IMG/VR virus record: IMGVR_UViG_3300030397_000666
Span: 1-53,089 of that record
Length of the DNA stretch: 53,089 nt
From: a virus
Lineage: Duplodnaviria; Caudoviricetes
Strand: one strand, 5' to 3'
Each line of letters starts with the position of its first letter. Within the stretch, counting starts at the first letter, position 1. The notes beneath the pieces were generated by a model that was given only the letters and a program-made list of their open reading frames with translations, was not told the origin of the DNA and did no database searches. This document shows, piece after piece, positions 10,701-19,690 of this stretch. The translations under genes were made by a program, and so were the position numbers.

Positions 10701-10872
10701 ATGGGGTGTGAAGATGCAGATAAAATCGAAGACAGGCGTGTATCTCAATCCTATATCCAGACTGGATAACGAAGAGGAGGTCCTCTTCAAACCAGGTACC
10801 AACTTCAAAATAAAAAAGGTTGTTCAGGATACGGACAAAAGACAGATTGACATAACTCTCGAGGAGGCTTAG
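7609..10872 (+). CDS. MuF/SPP1 gp7-like minor head protein fused to a C-terminal VIP2-like ADP-ribosyltransferase
   Basis: RFART, LDSRTC..C..LDG and P.HASCRC (MuF); C-terminal LRG / FTSTT / EEEVL R-S-E triad; start uncertain (overlaps portal). Confidence 0.8.
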   Translation: MKLLEQDLTGILQQVMKAEEDLEDQILTLTIKLVLGSDSILADTQAHLEAPSTLIIKDLDKKEPGEVKTVPGSIPRASVRTMGKSFLKWNRLVLNAVNDTVPQLLPQIVPKNNLLEQDEKEIFKKLSKSEVEKLAELGATRSANLLKTQMDGQTKRANDILKRGIEQGTNSKTIQNRIRRATGSTEGQAARFARTSTMSMMNAGLDQVYKDNSDVVAGVKHVSVLDSRTCVICGSLDGNVYYKKTSEKGQVADTGELDFHDRPALPVHASCRCIYIPISQFWNRASEILGIDIAPSGVRAAITPRPVVNWDDWLTAKNKTDPQIVKNILGLKRYALWSEGVPPEKFVSRKLEVKPVDQLTKELEKEGFITGATAKAVSDAKPKEIPRLIVAPSVLTDTQRRLVRDELEAIDFDDRDVAAFSGYLEKNKLSANAGDRIKSYKELASEAKKFEAKLLKAKPEDRAKIAKERPPVISKEQMVSFRNFMKSLGLKMENSDEIERLAFQPIKDQSYRNTLKKLDKVNKVSLPKDLLKKRESLLKNVPPQGTARRGIWALEVKLLNEEIADWNVGRLKQRREFISQLKQAAQIPLLKNHGHMVETGASLNSLSKAERNALKLTTKSITFSKLGNLSNPGTTFKIPLNFQPQEMGRVVRDGVSRRMLEVLTSDKQLATGKQAFLSPKAKGQVRELFASAGWRLPKDFNFETLSKNRFLAKQPGYTSFSNKTPLGFFSELNQQFHTLPRQALLKRYPADVLKNFENVMGILSTANTNLKRVSLSTLADVQRDVTRRVVGLPAAGLDAAAAAREREKREKKAAKQRAKEEQQKKIIDASKKLADAKSLESLESLVAFVDDIPLIADQKSEPLELKKLKKELQAQVKKALPKTVATNKEEALKLMTEFQKKATELELDRIRTYVDFKTNKNLSGFRDMNEFLLNPERYIRFNVFDDDPKKIRDLRDKLSKDIRELSKVLDKAPKFRGDVLRGMRIHADNIEDFISQFRGNEFVRMKSFTSTTLSKRTADFFGETSGEFKEIWGVKMQIKSKTGVYLNPISRLDNEEEVLFKPGTNFKIKKVVQDTDKRQIDITLEEA

Positions 10873-10874
10873 GA

Positions 10875-11261
10875 GTGGCGGATAGAATAAGAGAAAGCTT
10901 CGGCGAAAGACTACACATGGACCCTATAGATGGTGGAGACTTCTTCTCAGTCAGTGAGGATAGACCAGATGTCGAGACCATACTTCCAGAGCCTAAGACG
11001 TTCAGACTCCAAGCTTTCAGAAATGAGAACCTCTTAGGTCCTCTCACAATCAACACAGAAGACTGGACAATAGACACCGAAGACGATGAGTTAAAGCTGA
11101 GGCTGTCTTCGCTCTACACACCTTACACGACATTGAGGTCTAAGGCGAATAAGACGGAGCAAAGAGAGCTCACTCAGGCTACCTTTCCAGCGGTCCCCAC
11201 TCCAGAAAAGCTACAAACTATCCTCGACGATCTGGGGGCTTTCGGGTACGTCTTTACGTAG
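10875..11261 (+). CDS. Hypothetical protein (candidate immunity partner of the MuF toxin)
   Basis: Starts 2 nt after the MuF-ART stop; function inferred from position only. Confidence 0.5.
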   Translation: MADRIRESFGERLHMDPIDGGDFFSVSEDRPDVETILPEPKTFRLQAFRNENLLGPLTINTEDWTIDTEDDELKLRLSSLYTPYTTLRSKANKTEQRELTQATFPAVPTPEKLQTILDDLGAFGYVFT

Positions 11262-11276
11262 TAATTTTTTAGATCC

Positions 11277-11285
11277 TGGTAAGCT
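11277..11285 (+). promoter_or_regulatory. TGGTAAGCT extended -10-like motif (candidate late promoter)
   Basis: Intergenic; recurs at 14838, 16341 (variant) and 27136 (variant), each upstream of structural genes. Confidence 0.5.
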
Positions 11286-11319
11286 ATGGTAGAACAGACT
11301 TTTTTAAGGAGGTCATACC

Positions 11320-12735
11320 ATGCCACTAGGGTGGGACGTAAAAAACGGAAAAATTTGGTACTTTCTAAAAGAAAAAGACAAGTTCATACCCACCACATTT
11401 AAAGACGTGGATATGGAAGACGAAGGTATCAAGCTCATTGTGGGCCAGCCAGTCAAGGCCCCGAAAGAAGTTAGCGAGAGATACGCGCTAACCTTCGACC
11501 CAAAAATATGGACACTCAAACAAGCTCAACGATGGGTGGATGATAACAACATGCACTTCTTCGAGGGCAAGGACGGGAAGAAATCTGACCCTAAGAAGGA
11601 TGGCACACCCATCGACGAGGGTGGAGAAGATCCTAAAAAAGATACCCCTCCTCCAGCTAATCCCCCTGAGCCTAAGAAAGACCCAGAGCCCCAAGCTAAT
11701 CCTGCTAATCTAAACGAAGACACAACCGAACAAGAGGTTCAGATCTCTGGTGAGCTAGAGTCTCTCTCTGAAGGTGTGGAAATCGATGAAGCAAACGGAA
11801 TAATCAGAGGTGTTTGTGTTATCAGGCCCGTGAGTAAAAATGGAAGAAAGTACACCGAGCAATGTCTCAGAGAAGCTATTCCTTTCTACGAAGGTGCTAG
11901 AAGTTACGCAGACCACGAGTTCCTTAAATCCAAGGGTATCGAATCCCAACCTCGTTCAGTAAAGGACTTGTGTGGGCAGCTTATCAACGTGAGAGAAGGC
12001 ACAGACTCCAGAGGCTTCCTCATCAGAGGCGACTACAAAACCATAGGAAAACATGGTAAGCACTTAATGGAGATCGCTAAGAAAGCTCCTGGGATAATTG
12101 GCTTAAGTCACTCTGCTCAAGGCTTTATAAAGATGCTTGAAGGAGAAAAAACTGTTGTGCGAATTGGCCGAGTAGATTCGGTCGACGTAGTCACAACTCC
12201 TGGTACTACAAATTCACTCTTTGAGAGTGCAAAAGATGGAGGCTCAAGCGGTGAGCCCCCGAAAGATCCCAAACCCACTCAGACAAAGGAGTCACAAGTG
12301 GATAAAAACCAAGAAACCGTTAAGCTCTCAGAGATTGACAGCGCTTTTCTTCAAAAGCACTTCCCAAATCTTGTAAAGGAATTGCGCCACGACATTCTCG
12401 AGGAGAATAACCAATACAAAAAAGAGATCGACGAGTTGAAGCTTAAGGAAAGTGTCCGAGAGCGCGAGGAACTTATCGAGAAGTCTATTGCAGAAGCAGG
12501 CTTGAGATCTGCGCATGTGACTGAGGTATTCAAGAAAACTCTCCGCGAAGCGAAGACTGACCTTGAAGTGAAACAACTTGTCCTTGACCGAAAGAACATG
12601 GTTCTTCGTGAAAGCGGAAAGCCTAAGTCAAAAGAACAAGTCCCTATCCCAGAAGGCGACATCGACCTTACTGGAAACTCTGGCCAGGTCTCCGATGAAG
12701 AGTTAATGGAGTCCATCAGCAAATCGTTAAAATAA
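11320..12735 (+). CDS. Prohead protease / scaffold fusion
   Basis: SKNGRKY, ADH, GLSH and SVDVVTTPGT protease motifs; coiled-coil C-terminus; between MuF and capsid genes. Confidence 0.75.
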   Translation: MPLGWDVKNGKIWYFLKEKDKFIPTTFKDVDMEDEGIKLIVGQPVKAPKEVSERYALTFDPKIWTLKQAQRWVDDNNMHFFEGKDGKKSDPKKDGTPIDEGGEDPKKDTPPPANPPEPKKDPEPQANPANLNEDTTEQEVQISGELESLSEGVEIDEANGIIRGVCVIRPVSKNGRKYTEQCLREAIPFYEGARSYADHEFLKSKGIESQPRSVKDLCGQLINVREGTDSRGFLIRGDYKTIGKHGKHLMEIAKKAPGIIGLSHSAQGFIKMLEGEKTVVRIGRVDSVDVVTTPGTTNSLFESAKDGGSSGEPPKDPKPTQTKESQVDKNQETVKLSEIDSAFLQKHFPNLVKELRHDILEENNQYKKEIDELKLKESVREREELIEKSIAEAGLRSAHVTEVFKKTLREAKTDLEVKQLVLDRKNMVLRESGKPKSKEQVPIPEGDIDLTGNSGQVSDEELMESISKSLK

Positions 12736-12791
12736 CTCTACTTTATTTCCTCTTCTTTTTCTTTTTTCTTCAAATCGGAGGACCATAAAAA

Positions 12792-13529
12792 ATGTCAAAT
12801 GAATTTCGACATATCAACGAATTCGATAAGCCTCGAGAAGAGACATTAAATTTCGATCTCGAGGTGAACATGGGAGACCTTGTCTGGAAAGACGATACTG
12901 CCTCTCCCAAGACCGTTAAAAAAGCTAGCGCTCTCAGTTATACAGACACCCCCTCGGCTCAGCGAGAATTCGCAGCTAAGTTCGCAGGCGTTTCCTCTTA
13001 TCATTCCCCTGTAGGCGATACTGCCGACGACGCAAGACATCTGGACCCGCTCAAGGTTAGTACCAATGGTCGGTTCAAATTCACTTGTGATTCTGCTACT
13101 TTCGCGCTAGGCGATTTGATTGGTGTAGCCGAAAACTCTACCCCTGATGGCCTTGAAAATCAAAAGGTTGTGAAAGTTACTGATAGCTCTCTAGCAATCG
13201 GTAAGGTCTCTAAACAAGAGCTAACCGCTGTGACTGAAGTTATCGTTGAAATCTTCACACCAAAAAGCTTAAGCCCTGTCTCAGGTGGAGAAGCAAAAGT
13301 CGCTCACACCGTAACAGCTGCGGAAGTTACCGCAGGCTCTTTCACCTTCGACACTCACTTGGGTGTAGATGCTAGCAACATTCAAATCACTGTACTCACA
13401 GTTACCACTAGCGTTATAAAATATCCAGACTCAGCTGTAACTCAAACCGGTGGGGTCATCACTATGACTATTGGAACTACTACTCCATTGGTAGCAGGCG
13501 ACATAGTTTACATTTCAGCCAAAGTCTAA
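12792..13529 (+). CDS. Putative capsid cement/decoration protein
   Basis: Between protease and MCP; GDLV...FAGV...GDLIG beta-rich pattern plus a C-terminal beta domain. Confidence 0.5.
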   Translation: MSNEFRHINEFDKPREETLNFDLEVNMGDLVWKDDTASPKTVKKASALSYTDTPSAQREFAAKFAGVSSYHSPVGDTADDARHLDPLKVSTNGRFKFTCDSATFALGDLIGVAENSTPDGLENQKVVKVTDSSLAIGKVSKQELTAVTEVIVEIFTPKSLSPVSGGEAKVAHTVTAAEVTAGSFTFDTHLGVDASNIQITVLTVTTSVIKYPDSAVTQTGGVITMTIGTTTPLVAGDIVYISAKV

Positions 13530-13547
13530 GGGCTTGACTGTTTTCAT

Positions 13548-13575
13548 GGGAGGGCTTGTGTCCTCCCCCCTTTTT
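13548..13575 (+). terminator. Possible intrinsic terminator
   Basis: GGGAGG...CCTCCC stem followed by a T-rich tract. Confidence 0.4.
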
Positions 13576-13610
13576 GTTTTTTAATTTAATTTTTTAGGAG
13601 TTAAAGGTAA

Positions 13611-14801
13611 ATGCGAGGTCAAGACCTTAAAAATCTTATTGAGGCACACGGAAAGCCTCGGGTCGTTAAGCTTCTGATAGAAATGTTAGATCTCCCAGAA
13701 GGCGACAAAAGAAGAGCTCGTCCAGATGACTTCTCCCTCAAGGAACTTTGGGAAGTTATCGTGGGCCCTGTCGGTGAAACTTTGAGATACGCACAGAGTC
13801 AAAAAGGTTTTATCGATCTAGAACAGATTGGACAAAACAGCGACCTAAAGGAGGCAGCTGTAAACTCTACTCTCTACCAAGTTCTAGCGGGTAATATCAT
13901 TGCGGAAACCATGATCGATGCGTACAACCGAGTTGACCACATCGGCGACAAACTGGTGAACGTGAAGAAAACAAAACAGCGATATGAGAAAGTCGCTGGA
14001 TGGTCTCCTGGAGACGGCGTTAAAACCGTTTTAGAGGGACAGCCCTACGAACAAGTTGGAATGGGCCACAAGTTTGTTGGTACTGGTGAAGTCTTCAAAA
14101 AAGGTGTTATTCTTCCCATCACAGAAGAAGCTATCTTTTACGACAACACTGGAACCATCTTAGAGCAAGCAGATCAAATCGGAGAGGACGCTAGACTCGA
14201 CCGAGAGAAAACAATCTTAAGAGCGGTACTAGGTGTTGATACCTCTTACTTCCCTTCAGATGCAGGCACTTCTCTCTATTCATCTGGTACGCCTCAGCAC
14301 GTCCCAAGTAATGCGCTTTCAGACTGGAAGAACTTGGAAGCTATTGAGAACTCTCTAGCGGACACTGTAGACGAACAAGGGGAACAGATTATCATCACCC
14401 CTAAGATTCTTCTAGTTCCTCAAGCTCTGAAGATGACCGCGAAAAATATCATCAACGCGACTGAGATTCGAGAGAAAGAAGACAGCGCTGGTGCTACTAC
14501 TAAACGCGAAACTGTTAGCGCGAACCCTGTTCAAGGTGCTTACGAAATCGTGAGCTCTCCTCTTATCCATGCAATTCAAGAAGCAGCTGGTACCTCTAGC
14601 TCGATTGCAAAATCTAACTACTGGTTAGGTGACTTCAAGAAGCAATTTGTTTGGAAAGAGCTATGGCCTATCCAAGTTCTACGGAATAAGGAAGGGAACA
14701 TTAACTCGTTTGAGAAAGACGTTGTCGCTGAGTTTAAAGTCCGCTACATCGGTGGAATTTATGCGAAAGATGACAAGTACGTCGCTAAGAGTCTTGCATA
14801 A
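13611..14801 (+). CDS. Major capsid protein (Mu gpT-like, HK97 fold)
   Basis: 396 aa, strong RBS, ITEEAI..D, PKILLVP.AL...A and FKVRY.GG motifs; position. Confidence 0.8.
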   Translation: MRGQDLKNLIEAHGKPRVVKLLIEMLDLPEGDKRRARPDDFSLKELWEVIVGPVGETLRYAQSQKGFIDLEQIGQNSDLKEAAVNSTLYQVLAGNIIAETMIDAYNRVDHIGDKLVNVKKTKQRYEKVAGWSPGDGVKTVLEGQPYEQVGMGHKFVGTGEVFKKGVILPITEEAIFYDNTGTILEQADQIGEDARLDREKTILRAVLGVDTSYFPSDAGTSLYSSGTPQHVPSNALSDWKNLEAIENSLADTVDEQGEQIIITPKILLVPQALKMTAKNIINATEIREKEDSAGATTKRETVSANPVQGAYEIVSSPLIHAIQEAAGTSSSIAKSNYWLGDFKKQFVWKELWPIQVLRNKEGNINSFEKDVVAEFKVRYIGGIYAKDDKYVAKSLA

Positions 14802-14837
14802 AAATGAGAGTTCTCTCATCTGTAAGATCCTAGGTTG

Positions 14838-14846
14838 TGGTAAGCT
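14838..14846 (+). promoter_or_regulatory. TGGTAAGCT extended -10-like motif
   Basis: Identical to the 11277-11285 copy; intergenic. Confidence 0.5.
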
Positions 14847-14891
14847 ATATACTGCAACCTATTTTTTCTCATTCTAAACAGGAGGCTTAAG

Positions 14892-15152
14892 ATGATTTTT
14901 CTATTGCAGTCCTTTCAACTTGGTGAAACTGCTTTTGGAGTTCTAAGCCTCCTGATTCTTATCGTTTTCGCAGGCTTAATTAAACTAGTCGTCGCTGAGA
15001 AGAAGAAAAATGATGAACTCACTCAGCAGTTTATTAGGGCCCTTCAAAAGGAGTTACCAAAAGAAAGGGCTGACACAGTGTTTAAGGAGGTCCAAAAGAA
15101 AACAGACAAGGTAACGAAAGGACAAACCAGATTTTTTAAAAAGGAGGGGTGA
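14892..15152 (+). CDS. Small single-pass membrane protein (holin/spanin-like candidate)
   Basis: One hydrophobic helix followed by a basic, charged tail; RBS GGAGG. Confidence 0.5.
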   Translation: MIFLLQSFQLGETAFGVLSLLILIVFAGLIKLVVAEKKKNDELTQQFIRALQKELPKERADTVFKEVQKKTDKVTKGQTRFFKKEG

Positions 15153-15155
15153 CAC

Positions 15156-15575
15156 GTGACGGAACAAAACCAAAAGAAATCCTTTAAAGAAGAATGGAAG
15201 GAGCTACCCATGAGACAAAAAGCTGTATCTTCTTTTGCACTCATCTGGCCTGTTGTTTATCTAGGATTCTACGCGCTTACTGGTTGCGGTGGACTAGACG
15301 AGGCCTACGTAAAAGCGGTTGACAAATATTCTAAGCCAGTGATTAAAGACTACAAACGTCAGATCAACGACAACTGGAATCCCATATACTTCCAACGTGA
15401 AAAAGTAGAAGGTGACCCAGAGAAGGGACCTTACACAGGAAAGCCCAACTTCGATAAGCCTGTGTCTCAAGCCGCAAAAGACATCACTCGGAACACAAGA
15501 AACAGGCAGGCGGAAAACCTAGATCGTACTAGACAGAAAGGTCTCGATCGTATTTCAGGAAAGGCTCAAAAATAA
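15156..15575 (+). CDS. Putative lipoprotein
   Basis: Hydrophobic stretch ending in an LTGC lipobox; RBS AGGAGG. Confidence 0.5.
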   Translation: MTEQNQKKSFKEEWKELPMRQKAVSSFALIWPVVYLGFYALTGCGGLDEAYVKAVDKYSKPVIKDYKRQINDNWNPIYFQREKVEGDPEKGPYTGKPNFDKPVSQAAKDITRNTRNRQAENLDRTRQKGLDRISGKAQK

Positions 15576-15925
15576 TGAGTGACCAATTCGATACTCTAAA
15601 AGCTAGGTTCAAGGAAGACATTCTCTCTGTCGTTGGTAAAGTCGTTGAGAACGTAGAAGCAGCGGAAGCTTGGGCAGACACTCTGTCTGAAGATCAAGCT
15701 CGAAACGTTGAAGGTTTAAGGCAAGCTGTCATCGACGACAATGTTGCTGAACAACAACTCTACCAAGGAAACTTGGACATGATCGAGTCAGAGATGGAAG
15801 GTCGAGTTGAGGAGTTAAAGTTCGACGCAATCGACGAGACAGAAAGATGGATCAAGGACCAAACAACTGCAGCTCTAAAATTCGGGGTGAAAACTGCGGC
15901 CACTATGGCCTTAGGTCTCATGTGA
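15575..15925 (+). CDS. Hypothetical helical protein
   Basis: TAATG coupling with the upstream gene. Confidence 0.6.
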   Translation: MSDQFDTLKARFKEDILSVVGKVVENVEAAEAWADTLSEDQARNVEGLRQAVIDDNVAEQQLYQGNLDMIESEMEGRVEELKFDAIDETERWIKDQTTAALKFGVKTAATMALGLM

Positions 15926-15967
15926 AGAGATCGACCCCCTGTTGTTGACGAACTGGTCGAAAAGGCT

Positions 15968-16321
15968 GTGGATGCCTACGTCGACCCCCAACCCCAGACA
16001 ATAACTACGGAGGATATAATCGTGGGAAATGAAGTAGAACACATTAAGGACATCTACTACAATGCTATCCAAAACTGGAAGGAAGGCGACTACCTCGAGG
16101 CAATTGGAGAAACCCTAGCAGATGCCATGGAAGTTGTGAAAAACCTCAAGGAAAAAGACGGAAAAGGTAAGAGAGATTTCGTCGTTGCTGGTATTAAAGC
16201 CGCGGTTGACGAAGCACAGCAACAAGGGTACATGCGATGGCTTAAGAAAGATCAAAAAGCTATGCTCTTCGCGACACTCCCTGTTTTAATCAACCTTGCA
16301 CATGCCCCCGCTGTTGGTTAA
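15968..16321 (+). CDS. Hypothetical protein (in frame with the preceding ORF across one TGA)
   Basis: Open frame from 15926; weak RBS before the GTG. Confidence 0.5.
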   Translation: MDAYVDPQPQTITTEDIIVGNEVEHIKDIYYNAIQNWKEGDYLEAIGETLADAMEVVKNLKEKDGKGKRDFVVAGIKAAVDEAQQQGYMRWLKKDQKAMLFATLPVLINLAHAPAVG

Positions 16322-16344
16322 TATCTTTTTTATCGAAACTTGGT

Positions 16345-16383
16345 AAGCCTATAAGAACCACGAATTTCTTATAGGCTTTTTTT
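16345..16383 (+). terminator. Intrinsic terminator
   Basis: AAGCCTATAAGAA / TTCTTATAGGCTT stem followed by a T tract. Confidence 0.7.
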
Positions 16384-16617
16384 ATGGAGAGGACCATGGC
16401 CGACACCGAGTTGGAAAGTCTCAGGACAACACTGATAGCAACGCTAAAGGAAACCATAAAATCTCCAAAGCCTAGTTACGACATCGATGGAAGAAAGTTT
16501 GATTGGAACGGATACCTAAAGGAACTTAGACAGATGTTGAAGGATATTGACGAAGCACTCGGTCGATGTCCCTACGAATACACTCAGGTTTACATCGACC
16601 CATCTCTGGAGATATAA
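16384..16617 (+). CDS. Head-tail adaptor, gpW-like
   Basis: Small helix-hairpin-helix pattern with SYDIDGRKF; position; true start may be the second ATG. Confidence 0.55.
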   Translation: MERTMADTELESLRTTLIATLKETIKSPKPSYDIDGRKFDWNGYLKELRQMLKDIDEALGRCPYEYTQVYIDPSLEI

Positions 16618-17055
16618 ATGGCTAGACCTTCACCCATACCCACAAGCACGATGAGGGATTCTATAAAAGAAGACTTCGAGATGTTGTTAAAAGATGAGAA
16701 TGCCGACTGCTTTATGCCCTCTCGTACTGAATACCACACCAGAGGAGGAGATCCCACCATAGGAGACACTGGAGGCATAACCTACTCAGAAACAGTCTAC
16801 TCTCTTAATGGTATCATAACAGCCTACAAACCTACTGAGAACGACATGCTTGAGTCTAAGGTGGTCCTTGGGTCGAAGACCTTCCACTACGCGGTAGCCC
16901 TTCCAACAGACAGCCCACTGATTGGTCTTCCAGTTGAGCCAAGGACAGGGGATTTTATCATGTTCAACGGTGTGAAATACGAAGTGTTTGGCTACGATAT
17001 TACAAGCGACGAGGTAGAGTATAAGGTACACGCTCAGAAAGTGGACGCAGACTGA
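16618..17055 (+). CDS. Putative head closure (head-tail joining) protein
   Basis: P..GD.I..NG..YEV pattern; position. Confidence 0.5.
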   Translation: MARPSPIPTSTMRDSIKEDFEMLLKDENADCFMPSRTEYHTRGGDPTIGDTGGITYSETVYSLNGIITAYKPTENDMLESKVVLGSKTFHYAVALPTDSPLIGLPVEPRTGDFIMFNGVKYEVFGYDITSDEVEYKVHAQKVDAD

Positions 17056-17483
17056 TGGCGAAGTCTCCAACTAATTTCGTGTTACTGCACGAGAACTTTA
17101 ACAGGCAGCTACAGAAGATAGCGAACAAGATGGACAACGAAGAAGGAGAGAGATTTTTAAGAGAGCTCGCAGCGGCACTACTCGAGCAAGTAATTCCAGC
17201 AACTCCAGTCGACGAGGGTAGAGCTAGAGCTGGTTGGCTTCCTGCTTCAAGAAAACTAGGTGTTCCGAATGGAAGAGCGAAGAAGAAAAAAGGTAAGGCA
17301 GAAGGGTCAATAAAGGTCAAGAAGAGAGAAATAGTTATTGTGAACAGTGTACCCTATATTGTCCAGCTTGAGTTTGGTTGGTCACCTCAGAATAGGGTAG
17401 GAATATTGAGACCAGCTATGAGACGAATGACTAGGATCATGAGGGCCATAGCTGAAAAATTACCAGATAGGATCGTAGAGTGA
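17055..17483 (+). CDS. HK97 gp10-like neck/tail completion protein
   Basis: TPVDEGRARAGW and NSVPYIVQLEFG motifs. Confidence 0.75.
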   Translation: MAKSPTNFVLLHENFNRQLQKIANKMDNEEGERFLRELAAALLEQVIPATPVDEGRARAGWLPASRKLGVPNGRAKKKKGKAEGSIKVKKREIVIVNSVPYIVQLEFGWSPQNRVGILRPAMRRMTRIMRAIAEKLPDRIVE

Positions 17484-17920
17484 GTAGGGACTTCAAAACA
17501 ATTACTAACACAATCAACAACCATCTTAAGACGAACTATTCCCTCACGGCTATTCGATTTACTGGCATGCACTTCGACACGGATAAGCACGAGGCCTGGA
17601 TCGTTCCCATACTCGCGGAAGACAAGCCCCCTGCTCAGAGAAGAAAAGACCGAAGAGGAAGCCACCCGTTGACCAAGCTTGTGCTCAACGTTCAGATATT
17701 CCACAAGTATGGAGACAACCTGACAGAGATACAAGAGATTGCAAACAAGGTAAAGAACCTCTTCGATCAGAAAGATCTAAGACTTCAAGGTAAAGGTATC
17801 TTGATGAGATTCGAGGAAGCGGTGGTCGCTTTCCATAACACAAGCGAAGGCTCAGCTCGAGGCGCTGACGTGGAGTCTCTTGAAACCGCGACAGTACGAG
17901 TTGAGGCTATGCTACATTAA
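17480..17920 (+). CDS. Putative tail terminator
   Basis: Size, position and VQIF...G......IA..V..LF pattern. Confidence 0.5.
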   Translation: MSRDFKTITNTINNHLKTNYSLTAIRFTGMHFDTDKHEAWIVPILAEDKPPAQRRKDRRGSHPLTKLVLNVQIFHKYGDNLTEIQEIANKVKNLFDQKDLRLQGKGILMRFEEAVVAFHNTSEGSARGADVESLETATVRVEAMLH

Positions 17921-17940
17921 ACCTTTTAGGAGAATAACTT

Positions 17941-18282
17941 ATGGCTCGTGTTGCCTTAACTACTCAAGAAAGTTCGAGAGATGGTGTGGTCCCCACCGCT
18001 ACAGCCATTCCAGCTGACGGTGTGAGCTTCAAAAATAACAACGTTGAGTTCTTGCTTTTGAACAACACCCACACAGCTACTGTGGTTGTGACAATAAAGA
18101 CAGATTTTACCGCGGACGGGTTAGCCATTGCAGACAGAACCATCACAATGGGAATCGGAGAAGAAAGAATCGTTGGACCTTTCCCTTCCAGTCCTTACAA
18201 CAAAGATGGTGGAGACATCGAAGTTGATGCCGCTACAGCTGACGTTGTAAAGTGTTCAGTTTTCAAATTGGCTCTATTGTAA
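17941..18282 (+). CDS. Small beta-rich virion structural protein
   Basis: Strong RBS; lies in the tail module. Confidence 0.5.
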   Translation: MARVALTTQESSRDGVVPTATAIPADGVSFKNNNVEFLLLNNTHTATVVVTIKTDFTADGLAIADRTITMGIGEERIVGPFPSSPYNKDGGDIEVDAATADVVKCSVFKLALL

Positions 18283-18342
18283 TTTAAGGGGTCAAATTTA
18301 CGTTTTAAGCCCTATTTCTTTTTTTAGGAGAAAATATACAAG

Positions 18343-18855
18343 ATGGCCGATAAAGTCACCAAAAACATGCGTGACGGCATCCTGAAGCTACTTGACGGAA
18401 CTTCTCCCACTCCAAAAGAATTTGAATTTATTTTTGAGGAAGGGGATCTGGAGTTCACCGAAGTTCAGAACGTCACCAACATCTTAGACAGAGGAAAGCT
18501 AAGTCACTTCAGAGAGGGAGATGATGAGCCCGTGGGTATCAGCTTCACCTTGAAGTATGTAGAGCTTCTGTCTCAAACGTCAGATCCAGGCCCTTCCTTC
18601 AGGGAAGCCTTGAAACACATAGGGAAAGCCTCTTCGTGGACTTCCACAAGTGCCGACTCTTGTACTGACATCATTACCAACACGTTACAATTCGACGTGA
18701 AATCCCCCTGTCCAGGCGAAGAGTCTGAGCGAATGACTTTCAGAAAGTTCTATCATACCAATCTAAACTTCTCTGAAGGTGACGAGTTCAACACTGTAGC
18801 CGTCGAGGGTGTGGCCTACGTTAAAGAGGCAGACGTCACGAAAGTAACTCTCTAA
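18343..18855 (+). CDS. Major tail tube protein
   Basis: 170 aa, beta-rich, directly upstream of the frameshifting chaperone and tape measure. Confidence 0.6.
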   Translation: MADKVTKNMRDGILKLLDGTSPTPKEFEFIFEEGDLEFTEVQNVTNILDRGKLSHFREGDDEPVGISFTLKYVELLSQTSDPGPSFREALKHIGKASSWTSTSADSCTDIITNTLQFDVKSPCPGEESERMTFRKFYHTNLNFSEGDEFNTVAVEGVAYVKEADVTKVTL

Positions 18856-18893
18856 ATTTTTACCTTTTTCTCCCCAGATTTTAGAGGTGATAA

Positions 18894-19448
18894 ATGAAAA
18901 TTAACGGACGCGAATCAATTGGAAGAAAGCAAGAGACTTTTATCTTGCGAAGAAAAAAAGAAGTGAAGTGCCCCACTACAGGAGAGATGGGATACGAACC
19001 AGACAACCTTGAACTGATACTAACAGCCGCCCCCCTTGGCTATTGGGAAAAGATGGCAGAAGAGATCCCAGTCCCTAAGCCTCCACAGAAAGGCTATATG
19101 AGAGACAAGGTTTCTGATAAGGTCATAAGAGACCCAGTCACTAAAGCCCCCATCCCACTAATTGACGACAAGGATCCTGACTTCGTAAAAGCAGAAAACA
19201 GAGCGAGTAGACTTCAGACGATAGCCATGGTTGTTGAATCTCTCAAGGAAAACAACATCGAGTGGAAAAATAAGAGAGAAGACTTCAAGACCCCCGCTGA
19301 GTTCTACGAGGCCATCGAAGAAGAATTCAAAGACTTCGGTCTTTCTATGGGAGAACTTGCTGAGTTAATCTCTGCTGTTACTAGAGTTTCCATGCTATCA
19401 GGGCAAGAGATAGAGGAGGCAAAAAACCTTTTTTTATCCGACGAGTAG
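18894..19448 (+). CDS. Tail assembly chaperone (gpG-like)
   Basis: Between tube and TMP; ends just after the slippery site T TTT TTA at 19430-19436. Confidence 0.75.
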   Translation: MKINGRESIGRKQETFILRRKKEVKCPTTGEMGYEPDNLELILTAAPLGYWEKMAEEIPVPKPPQKGYMRDKVSDKVIRDPVTKAPIPLIDDKDPDFVKAENRASRLQTIAMVVESLKENNIEWKNKREDFKTPAEFYEAIEEEFKDFGLSMGELAELISAVTRVSMLSGQEIEEAKNLFLSDE

Positions 19449-19690
19449 ATCCGTATGAGAGTAGAAAGAACACAGTCGATAAAGTCATTCCCAAGGACAA
19501 AGACCTTTCTACCGAGTACATGATCTACTGTACGTGTGCAAGATTCAGCATGCTACCAAAAGAGTTTTACGAACTGAGTAGAGCTGAGCAAGTGAAGCTC
19601 CTGACCTTCGAGCAGATAAGGCAGGCGCAGGAGATGAAGGAACTAGGCCAACTCTGCGAGGCCGCTGCTGTAGGTTCAATTAAAAGATGA
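18894..19690 (+). CDS. Tail assembly chaperone gpGT-like fusion via programmed -1 frameshift
   Basis: The -1 frame is open from the slippery site (IRRVDPYESRK...GSIKR) to TGA 19688-19690, which overlaps the TMP ATG. Confidence 0.8.
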
